From sequence record SRR20825019_2174: a stretch of DNA of 40,519 nucleotides. The stretch is one strand, 5' to 3'. The position numbers were made by a program, and so were the translations under genes. The notes under the pieces were generated by a model. It was not told the DNA's origin and ran no database searches. It saw nothing but the letters and a program-made list of their open reading frames with translations. This document shows, piece after piece, positions 19,887 to 29,009 of this stretch (positions are counted from its first letter, which is position 1; each line of letters begins with the position of its first letter).

Positions 19887-21293
19887 TCAGTCAAACACTT
19901 TGCCGGGATTGAAGATGTTATCGGGATCAAGTGCGTGCTTGATGGCCCGCATAACGGCGATACTGCCACCCATCTCGGTCGCAACCAGGCGCTTCTTGCC
20001 CTGTCCCACGCCGTGTTCACCAGTGCAGGTCCCTCCCATGGCAAGCGCACGCTCCGCCAGGCGCGTGGTGAAGGCTTCAACCCGCGCAATCTCGTCGGCG
20101 TTCTTGTCATTGAACAGCAGCAGAACATGGAAGTTTCCATCGCCAGCATGGCCGACCACCGGGGCAAGAAACCCTTCTTTCTCAATATCTTTCTGTGTTT
20201 CGCTCACGCATTCTGCAAGCCTTGATATCGGAACGCAGACATCCGTTGAAAGCGAGCCGAGTTCGGGTGCCAGCGCACGTCCGGCCCAATATGCACTGTG
20301 GCGCGCCTTCCACAGCCGATTGCGTTCTTCAGCGTTGGCAGTCCATGTGAAATCCTTGCCGCCACACTCTTCCGCGATCTCACCGAATGTCTCGGATTGA
20401 ATGGCAACAGTTTCTTCGGTTCCATGAAACTCGACCAGCAACAGCGGTGTTTCGGGAAAAGTCAGGTTTGAGTAGGCGTTGCAGGCCTTTACCTGCATGG
20501 CATCCAGCAGCTCAATGCGTGCAACGGGAATGCCCATTTGAATGGTCATGATAACCGCATTGCAGGCATCTTCCAGCGTATCGAAAGAACAGACGCCGCC
20601 TGCAATCTTTTCCGGAATACCAGCAAGGCGCAGCGTCACCGATGTGATAATCCCGAGTGTACCCTCTGCTCCGACAAACAGCCGCGTCAGATCATAACCG
20701 GCGGAAGACTTTCGTGCGCGGCCTGCTGTCTTGATCTCTTCACCATCGGCGGTGACGGCAGTGACGGCCAGGACCACATCCTTCATTGTGCCATAGCGGA
20801 CAGCATTCGTACCCGAAGCACGGGTGGCGGCCATTCCGCCGATCGAGGCATTAGCCCCCGGATCAATCGGGAAAAACAGACCGGTATCCCGCAGATAATC
20901 GTTTAATTGTTCACGCGTTACGCCCGGCTCGACCCGGCAATCAAGGTCTTCGGAATTGACTTCCAGAACATGGTTCATGCGCGAAACATCTATGGAAAGC
21001 CCACCCTCAGGCGCATTGACCTGTCCCTCAAGAGACGAGCCCGTTCCGAATGGAATCACCGGAACCTTGTATTCGCGACAGACCTTCACCGCCTGCTTCA
21101 CATCATCGGAACTTTCGGCAAAGAATACACCATCGGGAAGTTGGGCAGGCAAGTAGGTCGTCGTGTGCGCATGTTGCGCGCGAAACGCTTCCCCCGTCTG
21201 AACCTTGTCGCCAAACTGCTGCTTCAGTATCGCAATCGCCTGCTCAGTCGCCTCGCTGTTGCGCGGCTTGGCCCTGACGTCCTCAATTGCCAA
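19887..21293 (-). CDS. FAD-linked oxidoreductase, D-lactate dehydrogenase/GlcD family
   Basis: PFGTGSSLEG, DPGANASIGGM, GAEGTLG, GHAGDGNFH, GEHGVG and NPGK. Likely TTG start at 21293 after GGGAG. Confidence 0.93.
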   Translation of the reverse strand: MAIEDVRAKPRNSEATEQAIAILKQQFGDKVQTGEAFRAQHAHTTTYLPAQLPDGVFFAESSDDVKQAVKVCREYKVPVIPFGTGSSLEGQVNAPEGGLSIDVSRMNHVLEVNSEDLDCRVEPGVTREQLNDYLRDTGLFFPIDPGANASIGGMAATRASGTNAVRYGTMKDVVLAVTAVTADGEEIKTAGRARKSSAGYDLTRLFVGAEGTLGIITSVTLRLAGIPEKIAGGVCSFDTLEDACNAVIMTIQMGIPVARIELLDAMQVKACNAYSNLTFPETPLLLVEFHGTEETVAIQSETFGEIAEECGGKDFTWTANAEERNRLWKARHSAYWAGRALAPELGSLSTDVCVPISRLAECVSETQKDIEKEGFLAPVVGHAGDGNFHVLLLFNDKNADEIARVEAFTTRLAERALAMGGTCTGEHGVGQGKKRLVATEMGGSIAVMRAIKHALDPDNIFNPGKVFD

Positions 21294-21412
21294 TGGTTGC
21301 ACTCCCTTGTCGTTTTGCCCTAGCGTACGGGCGGCTTTGTGAAGAGCCTTGTGTATGCGACGATTGCAGCGCTCTGTCCAGAGTACCGCAACCACGGAGT
21401 TTCAGGCAAAGC

Positions 21413-22219
21413 ATGACCGAACTTTCAAACACGATTGCCACGCTTCTGGGTGTGGATGATGTCGCACTGAGCTACTTTGCCAGCGGCGACCTCTCCTCTC
21501 TTTACCGGGTAGACGTCGGAGACGGACGAAAGCTGATTGCCAAAGGTGGACCAGCCCCGATGGCAGAGGCGGAAATGCTGCGTAAAATCGCCAAAGCCGG
21601 CGTACCGGCGCCACCGGTTATCGCTGCCAGCGATGAGGTTATGATCATCGGTTTTGTCGAAGGTCGAAGCGGCTTTTCCAATGCTCAGGCCGATCTCGGA
21701 AAGGTGTTGAAAAACCTGCATACCACACATGGCCCCTCGTATGGGTTTGAAAGTGATTACGCCTTCGGCAAGGTTGCAATCACCAACACAGCCGCTTCAT
21801 CCTGGATTGCATTCTGGCGGGACAACCGGCTCCTGAACAACGCGCCATACGTCGAATCGGATATTGCTAAAAGGCTTGAGCGCCTTGCCAGCCGCCTTGA
21901 TGACGTTATCCCCGATACGCCCGCACCTTCGCTCCTTCACGGAGACCTCTGGTCCGGCAATGTGTTATCAAAGAAAAGCTGCGTGACTGCACTGATTGAC
22001 CCGGCAAGCTACTATGGTCATGGCGAAGTCGATCTTGCCATGCTGAACCTGTTCGGACATGTTTCGCAGGCGTTTTACGAGAATTATCTGCCGCTGGCCC
22101 CGGGTTTTGAAGAACGACAGGCTGTCTACAGTCTCTGGCCTGCACTTGTGCATCTCCGGCTTTTTGGAAGCGGTTACCGCGGTTTAGTAGAAGGCTTTCT
22201 GGATCGTGCAGGCTCTTAA
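21413..22219 (+). CDS. Fructosamine kinase family protein
   Basis: PSLLHGDLWSGN, IDPASYYGHGEVDLAM and LVHLRLFG motifs. Start ATG 21413. Confidence 0.92.
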   Translation: MTELSNTIATLLGVDDVALSYFASGDLSSLYRVDVGDGRKLIAKGGPAPMAEAEMLRKIAKAGVPAPPVIAASDEVMIIGFVEGRSGFSNAQADLGKVLKNLHTTHGPSYGFESDYAFGKVAITNTAASSWIAFWRDNRLLNNAPYVESDIAKRLERLASRLDDVIPDTPAPSLLHGDLWSGNVLSKKSCVTALIDPASYYGHGEVDLAMLNLFGHVSQAFYENYLPLAPGFEERQAVYSLWPALVHLRLFGSGYRGLVEGFLDRAGS

Positions 22220-22311
22220 AATTTTCCGGTTTGATCAAGAGCATAACAAAGCGGCTGTTGTCCTCCGAATATTCCAATATGCTGATAACATAGACTCTGA
22301 TTCCCGGGAGG

Positions 22312-23346
22312 ATGGCATTGAGTAAACTGCGTATGGCTGTGATTGGTCTTAATCACGGTCACATTTATGGGCAGGTTGACCTGTTGCGTGAAGCAGGCGT
22401 CACACTCTCCGGCTTTTTCGCAGCAGAAGATGAGCTTGCCGCAGATTTTATTAAAACCTATCCGGACGTTTTGCGCGCGGACCAGCCGGACCGGCTTCTC
22501 GACGATCCGTCAATTGATCTGATCGTTAGCGCTGCTATCCCAAGCGAGCGGACAGATATTGCGATTGCAGCGATGCGTCGCGACAAGGATGTGATGCTGG
22601 ATAAACCGGCTGCAACCACACTTGCCCAACTTGCGCAGTTGCGTGCTGTTCAGGCCGAGACAGGCCGCATCGTCTCTGTCTATTACAGTGAGCGCCTGCA
22701 AAGCCGCTGCTCCTTAAAAGCCGGGGCCCTGATCGAGAGCGGTGCCATCGGCGATGTGCTTCACATCACCGGCATGGGGCCACACCGGCTACGCCGGGAC
22801 ACGCGCGCGCCGTGGTTCTTCCAGCGAGCCGCATATGGCGGGATACTCGCTGACCTGGCTTCGCATCAATGCGAACAATTCTTACATTTTTCAGGCCAGG
22901 CGGATGCCGAGATTCTTTCCGCCAGCGTTGCCAACAAAGCCAATGCCAGCGATCCGGAATTGCAGGACTATGGCGATATCCACTTGCGCTCGGGCAGTAC
23001 AACCGGCTATCTGCGTGTCGATTGGATGACACCGGAGGGGTTGCCGGTCTGGGGCGACGGCCGGATGTTCATCGTCGGCAGCGAAGGGACGATCGAACTG
23101 CGAAAGCACATCGATGTCGAAGGGCGCGATGGGAAAGACCATCTTTTTCTCGTGGATCGGGAGGCCACACGATATATTGATTGCAGCAACATTCCTCTCA
23201 CCTATGGCAGTGCTCTGGTCTCGGACATTTTGCACCGAACCGAAACAGCGATGCCACAGGAGCGCTGTTTCAAAGCAATGGAACTGGCGCTTAAGGCGCA
23301 GGCCCTGGCTGAACGGCAAGATGCTATTACGTTTCAGGATGACTAA
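22312..23346 (+). CDS. Gfo/Idh/MocA family oxidoreductase
   Basis: AVIGLNHGH N-terminus, DVMLDKP and YGGILADLASHQ. Confidence 0.9.
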   Translation: MALSKLRMAVIGLNHGHIYGQVDLLREAGVTLSGFFAAEDELAADFIKTYPDVLRADQPDRLLDDPSIDLIVSAAIPSERTDIAIAAMRRDKDVMLDKPAATTLAQLAQLRAVQAETGRIVSVYYSERLQSRCSLKAGALIESGAIGDVLHITGMGPHRLRRDTRAPWFFQRAAYGGILADLASHQCEQFLHFSGQADAEILSASVANKANASDPELQDYGDIHLRSGSTTGYLRVDWMTPEGLPVWGDGRMFIVGSEGTIELRKHIDVEGRDGKDHLFLVDREATRYIDCSNIPLTYGSALVSDILHRTETAMPQERCFKAMELALKAQALAERQDAITFQDD

Positions 23347-24420
23347 ATGACAAGAAAGCTGAAAGTCGCCGTGGCAGGCTTGGGAATTGGCCGCAGCCAC
23401 ATCGAAGATGGCTTCCGTTCCAATCCCGAACTGTTCGAAGTGACTGCAATTTGTGATCACGATCTCCAGCGCCTTCAATCGGTCGGTGATGAATTCGCCA
23501 TTGAACGCCGTGAACAGGATTTCAAAGCTCTGCTTGAGAACGACGATATCGATATCATCGATATCTGCACCCCGCCCGGCACGCACCGGGATTTGATTCT
23601 GGCTGCGCTGAAGGCGGGAAAGCACGTCATCTGCGAAAAACCGCTTGTCGGTTCCCTCGCCGATATCGACATGCTGCTGGAAGCCGAAACCCGATCGACA
23701 GCCCATGTCATGCCAATCATGCAGTACCGTTACAATGACGGCGTGCAAAAGGCCAAACGCATCATCGACGCAGGAATTGCAGGCAAGCCCTACATCGCCA
23801 CCTGCGAGGTCCATTGGCATCGTGATGCAGACTATTACGAGCGGGAATGGAGGCGCACATGGGAAGGCGCACTCGGTGGCACCTTGATGAACCACTCCAT
23901 TCATCTCAATGATCTGATGTTTTATCTTCTGGGGCCGGCGCGTTCATTGTTTGCCCGCATGGCAACGCGGGTCAACCCTATCGAGGTGGAGGATTGTGTC
24001 AGCATCAGCATTGATATGAAATGCGGTGCCCTGGCGACGATTTCAGCGACAACCGGCTCCATCGAGCAACTTAGCAGACTGCGCCTCTGTTTTGAGAATG
24101 TCACTTTCGAAAGCGATCGCACACCATACAATCCCGGTGGCGAACCCTGGAAGATCGTTCCGGCCAATGACGATGTGGCTGCGCGTATCGAAGCGATCCT
24201 GAAGGACTTTACGCCACCGCCTGCGCGCTTTACCGGTCAGATGCGCGAATTCCACAAGGCCATCTGCAACAAGACACCGCTCCCCCTGACACTGGCCGAT
24301 GCACGCCAGAGCCTTGACTTTGCCACGGCCTGCTACTGGTCCGCGAAGACATACAGCGCCGTGGCCCTGCCGATCATGTCAGATCACCCTTTTTATAACG
24401 GCTGGCAAAACGCTTTTTGA
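23347..24420 (+). CDS. Gfo/Idh/MocA family oxidoreductase
   Basis: VAVAGLGIG, KHVICEKP, GGTLMNHSIH and EVED. ATG abuts the upstream TAA. Confidence 0.93.
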   Translation: MTRKLKVAVAGLGIGRSHIEDGFRSNPELFEVTAICDHDLQRLQSVGDEFAIERREQDFKALLENDDIDIIDICTPPGTHRDLILAALKAGKHVICEKPLVGSLADIDMLLEAETRSTAHVMPIMQYRYNDGVQKAKRIIDAGIAGKPYIATCEVHWHRDADYYEREWRRTWEGALGGTLMNHSIHLNDLMFYLLGPARSLFARMATRVNPIEVEDCVSISIDMKCGALATISATTGSIEQLSRLRLCFENVTFESDRTPYNPGGEPWKIVPANDDVAARIEAILKDFTPPPARFTGQMREFHKAICNKTPLPLTLADARQSLDFATACYWSAKTYSAVALPIMSDHPFYNGWQNAF

Positions 24421-24424
24421 TCAT

Positions 24425-24454
24425 AAAAAAGGCCCGGGTATTGTGTCCCGGACC
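24425..24454 (-). terminator. Rho-independent terminator for the small lipoprotein gene
   Basis: Minus strand GGTCCGGG-N8-CCCGGGCC followed by TTTTTT. Confidence 0.7.
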
Positions 24455-24488
24455 GTTCTTCCTGTTGGTTTTCACCAGTGAAAGCATA

Positions 24489-24647
24489 TTACTCTGCGGC
24501 ATTTTCAATCGAGCGACCGGCTTGCTGGGTGGAATCAATAGCGTTAGCCGTGTCTTGGCCCATCCCTTCAATTGTATTCCCGCAGGAGGAAACAGCTGCG
24601 CCCAGACCAAACAGAAAGATGACGGCGAGAAATTTTCGCTTTAACAT
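24489..24647 (-). CDS. Entericidin EcnA/B family small lipoprotein (52 aa, absent from ORF track)
   Basis: Manual translation MLKRKFLAVIFLFGLGAAVSSC-GNTIEGMGQDTANAIDSTQQAGRSIENAAE. Lipobox VSSC, C-x-NT-x-x-G-x-G-x-D motif and AGGAG RBS. Confidence 0.9.
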   Translation of the reverse strand: MLKRKFLAVIFLFGLGAAVSSCGNTIEGMGQDTANAIDSTQQAGRSIENAAE

Positions 24648-24683
24648 TTTAAACTCCTGATCTTTGGTATTCCGAGCTTATTA

Positions 24684-24708
24684 AACGCCTCAATCCAAAG
24701 CTGGTTCC
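24684..24708 (-). promoter_or_regulatory. EcfG/RpoE2 (general stress sigma) promoter
   Basis: Minus strand GGAAC-N16-CGTT, 37 bp upstream of the lipoprotein ATG. Confidence 0.75.
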
Positions 24709-24743
24709 GCTATCATGCCCGCCGAAACGAGACCGGCGGAACC

Positions 24744-24819
24744 TTTTCCAGGCGATATCCACAGGCTATGCAAAACCAATGCACAGGCTTCTCCACAATA
24801 TTTCCACAGGTTATCCACA
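24744..24819 (+). promoter_or_regulatory. Phased array of seven DnaA-box-like 9-mers
   Basis: TTTTCCAGG 24744, ATATCCACA 24755, CTATGCAAA 24766, CAATGCACA 24777, TTCTCCACA 24789, ATTTCCACA 24800, TTATCCACA 24811. Same strand, spacing 11/11/11/12/11/11. Confidence 0.75.
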
Positions 24820-24903
24820 AGCTGAACCACTTACGTTCGCCCCGACCTGCACCTAAATAGAGGGAATGCTGCAAAGTCTTTACCGGCCTGCAAGAATGGA
24901 AGG

Positions 24904-25545
24904 ATGCTCGTGAATAACGAAAGACCGACCGGAAGGTCACATATTGATCAAGACCACGACGAGAGCCTTTCGGCAGTTCTGCGGCGACTATCACCCGGCG
25001 TTGACGGGCGCATCAACCTGAACCAGATTGATGAACTTTTGGCAGATCGTTCTTTCGGCGCATTTCTTGTGGTTTTTGCCCTTCCCAACCTGATACCTCT
25101 GCCGCCAGGAGCCACACTGATCCTCGGCCTGCCTTTGATGCTGGTCTCATGGCAGATGCTGACCTCACGGCACAACCGGATATGGCTGCCGCATCGGCTC
25201 GCCAGCATGTCAGCCGATGGCACACGCTGCTTGCAGATGCTTGAGCGTATTCTGCCATGGCTGGAGCGCATTGAAGCAGCAGTTAAACCACGGGCATGGT
25301 TCTTAAGGACCCGCCGCTCGGAGCGGGTACTCGGTGCTTTCGCACTTGTGTTATCGCTTGTGGTTTTTATTCCTATCCCTTTTGGAAACTGGCTACCTGC
25401 GCTCGCACTTGCCGTCATCGGCCTATCTTTGACCGAGCGGGATGGCTACGGCATTCTCGTAGGCATGCTCATCGGTGTGTTATCGATTATCGTCGCCTCC
25501 ATGGTCTTGCTGGCGGCAGGCGCATTACTGGCGCTTATTCTTTGA
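24904..25545 (+). CDS. exoD: Exopolysaccharide synthesis ExoD family membrane protein
   Basis: DRSFGAFLVVFALPNLIP, WLP, PIPFGNWLPA and ERDG motifs. Confidence 0.9.
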   Translation: MLVNNERPTGRSHIDQDHDESLSAVLRRLSPGVDGRINLNQIDELLADRSFGAFLVVFALPNLIPLPPGATLILGLPLMLVSWQMLTSRHNRIWLPHRLASMSADGTRCLQMLERILPWLERIEAAVKPRAWFLRTRRSERVLGAFALVLSLVVFIPIPFGNWLPALALAVIGLSLTERDGYGILVGMLIGVLSIIVASMVLLAAGALLALIL

Positions 25546-25554
25546 TGATTTCGA

Positions 25555-26475
25555 TCAGCATGCAATCCGACCGTGCGCCTCAACCGAGCGGTACGCGTGC
25601 CGGATGGCGTCGGCAACGGCTTCAACCAACTCGCCACCCTGTGTGGAAAACATCAGACGCACATCATAATATCCCAGTTCCGGCAAGCCATGCGCCTCAC
25701 CCAGTACCTCCATATCGTCGGTAACGTAATAGGATCCCATGGGCGCCACGGCGAGGTCAGAAAGAACAGCCGCACGCTGAACCATGGTTGTCGCACTCAG
25801 ATAGCCGACGCGATAACGTTTGCCAGCCGCTGTCAGCTTTGCAACAGCCTCATTGCGCCATGAGCAACTGTTCTCCCACATGGAAACCGGCAGCGGATCT
25901 TTCAGGTAGGCTGTTCCTCCGCGTGCACCAACCCAGACAAGTTTTTCACGCCGGACTTTCTCAGACGGGAACTCATCGGAAAATCGGGCTGGAGCATTCA
26001 GAATTGTAAGATCCAGTTTCTGCGCTCGCAGGTGCTTTTCCAACACCATACTTCTGTCCACGGTTACATCAACCACAACTCCTGGAAAAGCAGCAGAGAA
26101 CTGCTTGAGAATCGTCGGCAAAATACGTTCTCCGACATCGTCGGTCGCCCCAAGACGCACCACGCCATGCATTTCGGGGTGCCGGAAACGCGACATGGCC
26201 TCGTTGGACAATGCAAGCATACGCCTGGCGTAGGCCAGAAGCGTCTCGCCACTTTCTGTCAGGCTGACAGAGCGCGCATCACGCACAAACAAAGAAACGC
26301 CCAGTTGATCCTCAAGCCGTTTGATCTGCATCGAAACAGCCGACGGAGTCCTGAAAACAACCTCTGCGGCAGCCGAAAAACTGCCGCTTTCGGCAATCGC
26401 GATGAACGTTCTGAGGATATCGTTATCGAGAACGGGCAGTGGAGTTTGCAGCATTCCAACCATTTGCTTCACCAT
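25555..26475 (-). CDS. LysR family transcriptional regulator (LrhA/HexA-like)
   Basis: LRTFIAIAESGSFSAAAEVVFRTPSAVSMQIKRLE HTH. Start may be 26475, 26463 or 26454. Confidence 0.95.
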   Translation of the reverse strand: MVKQMVGMLQTPLPVLDNDILRTFIAIAESGSFSAAAEVVFRTPSAVSMQIKRLEDQLGVSLFVRDARSVSLTESGETLLAYARRMLALSNEAMSRFRHPEMHGVVRLGATDDVGERILPTILKQFSAAFPGVVVDVTVDRSMVLEKHLRAQKLDLTILNAPARFSDEFPSEKVRREKLVWVGARGGTAYLKDPLPVSMWENSCSWRNEAVAKLTAAGKRYRVGYLSATTMVQRAAVLSDLAVAPMGSYYVTDDMEVLGEAHGLPELGYYDVRLMFSTQGGELVEAVADAIRHAYRSVEAHGRIAC

Positions 26476-26478
26476 AGA

Positions 26479-26491
26479 TCAATTATTTTGA
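26479..26491. promoter_or_regulatory. LysR T-N11-A box
   Basis: TCAA-ttatt-TTGA dyad directly upstream of the LysR gene. Confidence 0.6.
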
Positions 26492-26585
26492 CATGACACC
26501 TCATATCATTTCGTTTGATTGAATGTCAAAACATCCCCATCCTTCTCTTCACAGACGCAGATGCAAACCACCCTTGGAGAGAGAA

Positions 26586-26753
26586 ATGAGCCTTTTTAAT
26601 ATTATGAACCATCTTGTTGCTCCGCTGTCCGCAATCCTCCGCCTCGGTGCCCGGAATGAAGACAGGATCGCGCGCAAACCCAATTCGGAAAGGGTTCCAC
26701 CCCATTTGCGCTCAGACATCTGGGCTGATGACAGATATTGGCGGCAGGACTGA
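26586..26753 (+). CDS. Small protein (55 aa), DUF1127-like
   Basis: GGAGA RBS. MSLFNIMNHL...RVPPHLRSDIW resembles the DUF1127 'HLLxDIG' end. Divergent from LysR and followed by a hairpin. Confidence 0.55.
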   Translation: MSLFNIMNHLVAPLSAILRLGARNEDRIARKPNSERVPPHLRSDIWADDRYWRQD

Positions 26754-26774
26754 TCGTCATCATAAACGGCTAGG

Positions 26775-26804
26775 GGGCGCATTTGCTTTTTTGCGAATGC
26801 GCCC
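26775..26804. terminator. Hairpin downstream of the small protein gene
   Basis: GGGCGCATTTGC-tttttt-GCGAATGCGCCC stem, no clear U tail. Confidence 0.5.
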
Positions 26805-27071
26805 TGAAACGCGTAAAAACGCCAGCAACATTGCTGCATCGCAAAATGAATGAAGTTATCCGGATGGTTATTGGCTATCGTCAATTTGGCAACACTTGCG
26901 ATATGATGTGGCACAACTTCGGCACAAAATTGCCAAAGTCGAAGAACAGGCTCTACTCCGACGCTATTGTCTATGTCAGTGTCGTAAACAGACAATTGGA
27001 ACGCCGATTTCTTGAGGAAATTGATTTTTTCAAGCTTCGGCTCCAGCTTCAACTTAGGCGGTGTATGCGCA

Positions 27072-28082
27072 ATGGTGAGATCATTCGTCTTCTACTTGAT
27101 ACCCGGATTTTCTCTGCTTCCCTTCGTGGGGGCCATTGAAAGTTTGCGCATCGCCAACAGAATGTTGGGTTTTGATGCCTATCGCTGGCGCGTCGCCTCC
27201 GATTTTGGCGGCAAGGTCTTTTCATCGAGTGGAATCACGATTGACAGCGAGAAATCACTGGCAGACGAACGTCGCGCGCTTATGGGCGAAAACCGACCGG
27301 ATATTGTCTTCATCTGTTCGGGCATCAATGTCGAAGACTATGACAACAAATCCTTCAATGCCTGGCTTCGCGAACTGAACAATCGCGGCTGCGGCATTGG
27401 CAGCATGTGCACAGCGACCGAGCTTCTGGCCCGTGCCGGACTTTTAAAAGGCAAACGTTGCGCCATTCACTGGGAAAATCTGCCGGGCTTTACAGAAACC
27501 TATCCCGAAATCGACGCCCATGCCGAACTGTTTGAAGTTGACCGCAACATCTATACCAATGCCGGGGGCACTGCCGCGCTCGACATGATGCTGTGGTTGA
27601 TTGGGCGCGAGTTCGGTGATGGACTGGTCAGCGCGATCTGTGAGCAAGCCCTGACTGACCGTGTGCGTCCGTCTTCCGAGCGCCAGCGCCTGCCTCTGAA
27701 GGCTCGGTTAGGGGTGCAGAACGGCAAAGTTCTGCAGATCATTGAGTTTATGGAAGCCAATCTGGCCGAACCACTCTCTCTGCTGGAGATCGCCGATGCG
27801 GTTGGACTGTCGCGCCGCCAGATCGAGCGTCTGTTCAGGCAGGAAATGGGCCGTTCACCGGCTCGCTACTATCTTGAAATCCGTCTGGATCGGGCACGGC
27901 GACTGCTGGCACAGTCCACGATGCCGGTCGTAGACGTGGCCGTGGCCTGTGGTTTTGTTTCTGCTTCGCACTTTTCCAAGTGCTATCGCGAGATCTACCA
28001 CTGTTCGCCACAACAGGAGCGTGCCCAGCGTCGTCAAAAGCGTGATATCCTGTATGAAGAAGCGGTCAGCCTGACACTCTGA
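27072..28082 (+). CDS. GlxA/GbdR-type AraC regulator with DJ-1/amidase-like domain
   Basis: ESLRIANR, CAIHWENL, AGGTAALDMM and AraC HTHs SRRQIERLF...ACGFVSASHFSKCYR. Likely start ATG 27072. Confidence 0.93.
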   Translation: MVRSFVFYLIPGFSLLPFVGAIESLRIANRMLGFDAYRWRVASDFGGKVFSSSGITIDSEKSLADERRALMGENRPDIVFICSGINVEDYDNKSFNAWLRELNNRGCGIGSMCTATELLARAGLLKGKRCAIHWENLPGFTETYPEIDAHAELFEVDRNIYTNAGGTAALDMMLWLIGREFGDGLVSAICEQALTDRVRPSSERQRLPLKARLGVQNGKVLQIIEFMEANLAEPLSLLEIADAVGLSRRQIERLFRQEMGRSPARYYLEIRLDRARRLLAQSTMPVVDVAVACGFVSASHFSKCYREIYHCSPQQERAQRRQKRDILYEEAVSLTL

Positions 28083-28108
28083 TCGGCATATGCTCTCGTG
28101 GGAAAAAC

Positions 28109-28990
28109 TCAGCGCCGAAGCATCAATGTCACCCAGCCATCACGCCATAAAGTGCGCACATGGCGTAAGCCCTGTGTGTTATAGGCGGCCAGAACCTTGT
28201 AACGCTGTTGAGCCAGAATGCCCGAAAGAATAACGGCGCCCCCCGGTTCGAGCATGTTTTTCAAGCCCGGTGCAAGTTTCATCAGCGGTCGTGCCAGGAT
28301 ATTGGCAATGATCAGATCAAACGGGCCGTAAAGCTTGAATGCGCTGTGATGAAAACCCGGCGCGGTTACGAAGTCGATACCGTCGGTGATGCCGTTCCGG
28401 CGAGCATTCCATTTCGCCACACGCACAGCTATTGGGTCAATATCCGTTGCCAGGACCGGGATATGCCTCAGCTTGCGAACAGCCATGGCAAGAACACCTG
28501 TACCCGTACCGAGATCGAGTGCGTTCGCCGGTTTCGATGACTTCAATACTGCGTCGATCATCTCCAGACAGCCCATCGTGGTGCCGTGATGGCCTGTACC
28601 GAAAGCCTGCCCGGCATCGATTTCAATCGCCAGATCGCCGGGTCGTACCTTGTTACCGTCATGCGATCCATGAACCAGAAACCGCCCTGCCCTGACCGGC
28701 TTCAATCCCTCAAGCGATTTCGCAATCCAGTCAATTTCGGGAATAATTTCTTTTTCAACGGCTGGTGCATCACCTGGAAACAAGCCCAAAAGCACTCCGG
28801 AAAAGATACCCGTCAAAAGCTCTTCTTCTGCTTCGTCCAGGTAGACAGACGCTTCCCAGATATCGGATTTTTCATCGATCTCCATGGTTGCCAGTGCATA
28901 AGGTGCTTCACCGAGCACTTCGGAAAGTCCATTGAGAACAAGCCCGGCACCAACCTCATTTGTCGTGACGAAAAGACGGATCTGGCTCAA
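28109..28990 (-). CDS. prmA: Ribosomal protein L11 methyltransferase
   Basis: AFGTGHHGTT, LDLGTGTG, DIDP, ANILA and ILSGIL motifs. Confidence 0.95.
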   Translation of the reverse strand: MSQIRLFVTTNEVGAGLVLNGLSEVLGEAPYALATMEIDEKSDIWEASVYLDEAEEELLTGIFSGVLLGLFPGDAPAVEKEIIPEIDWIAKSLEGLKPVRAGRFLVHGSHDGNKVRPGDLAIEIDAGQAFGTGHHGTTMGCLEMIDAVLKSSKPANALDLGTGTGVLAMAVRKLRHIPVLATDIDPIAVRVAKWNARRNGITDGIDFVTAPGFHHSAFKLYGPFDLIIANILARPLMKLAPGLKNMLEPGGAVILSGILAQQRYKVLAAYNTQGLRHVRTLWRDGWVTLMLRR

Positions 28991-29009
28991 CGGTTCCCCC
29001 TCGTTTGTC

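Noticed and set aside
22891-23904. 337-aa minus-strand ORF
   Set aside because: Antisense to two well-supported oxidoreductases; typical shadow ORF in GC-rich DNA.
24744-24819. Periodic repeats read as a CRISPR array or plasmid iterons
   Set aside because: Units are 9 bp with 2-3 bp gaps, there are no spacers, cas or rep genes, and they match DnaA boxes.
26886-26936. Sigma-54-like GGCA repeats upstream of the GlxA-type regulator
   Set aside because: The only GG-N10-GC match has CGGC instead of TTGC at -12; the others have the wrong spacing.
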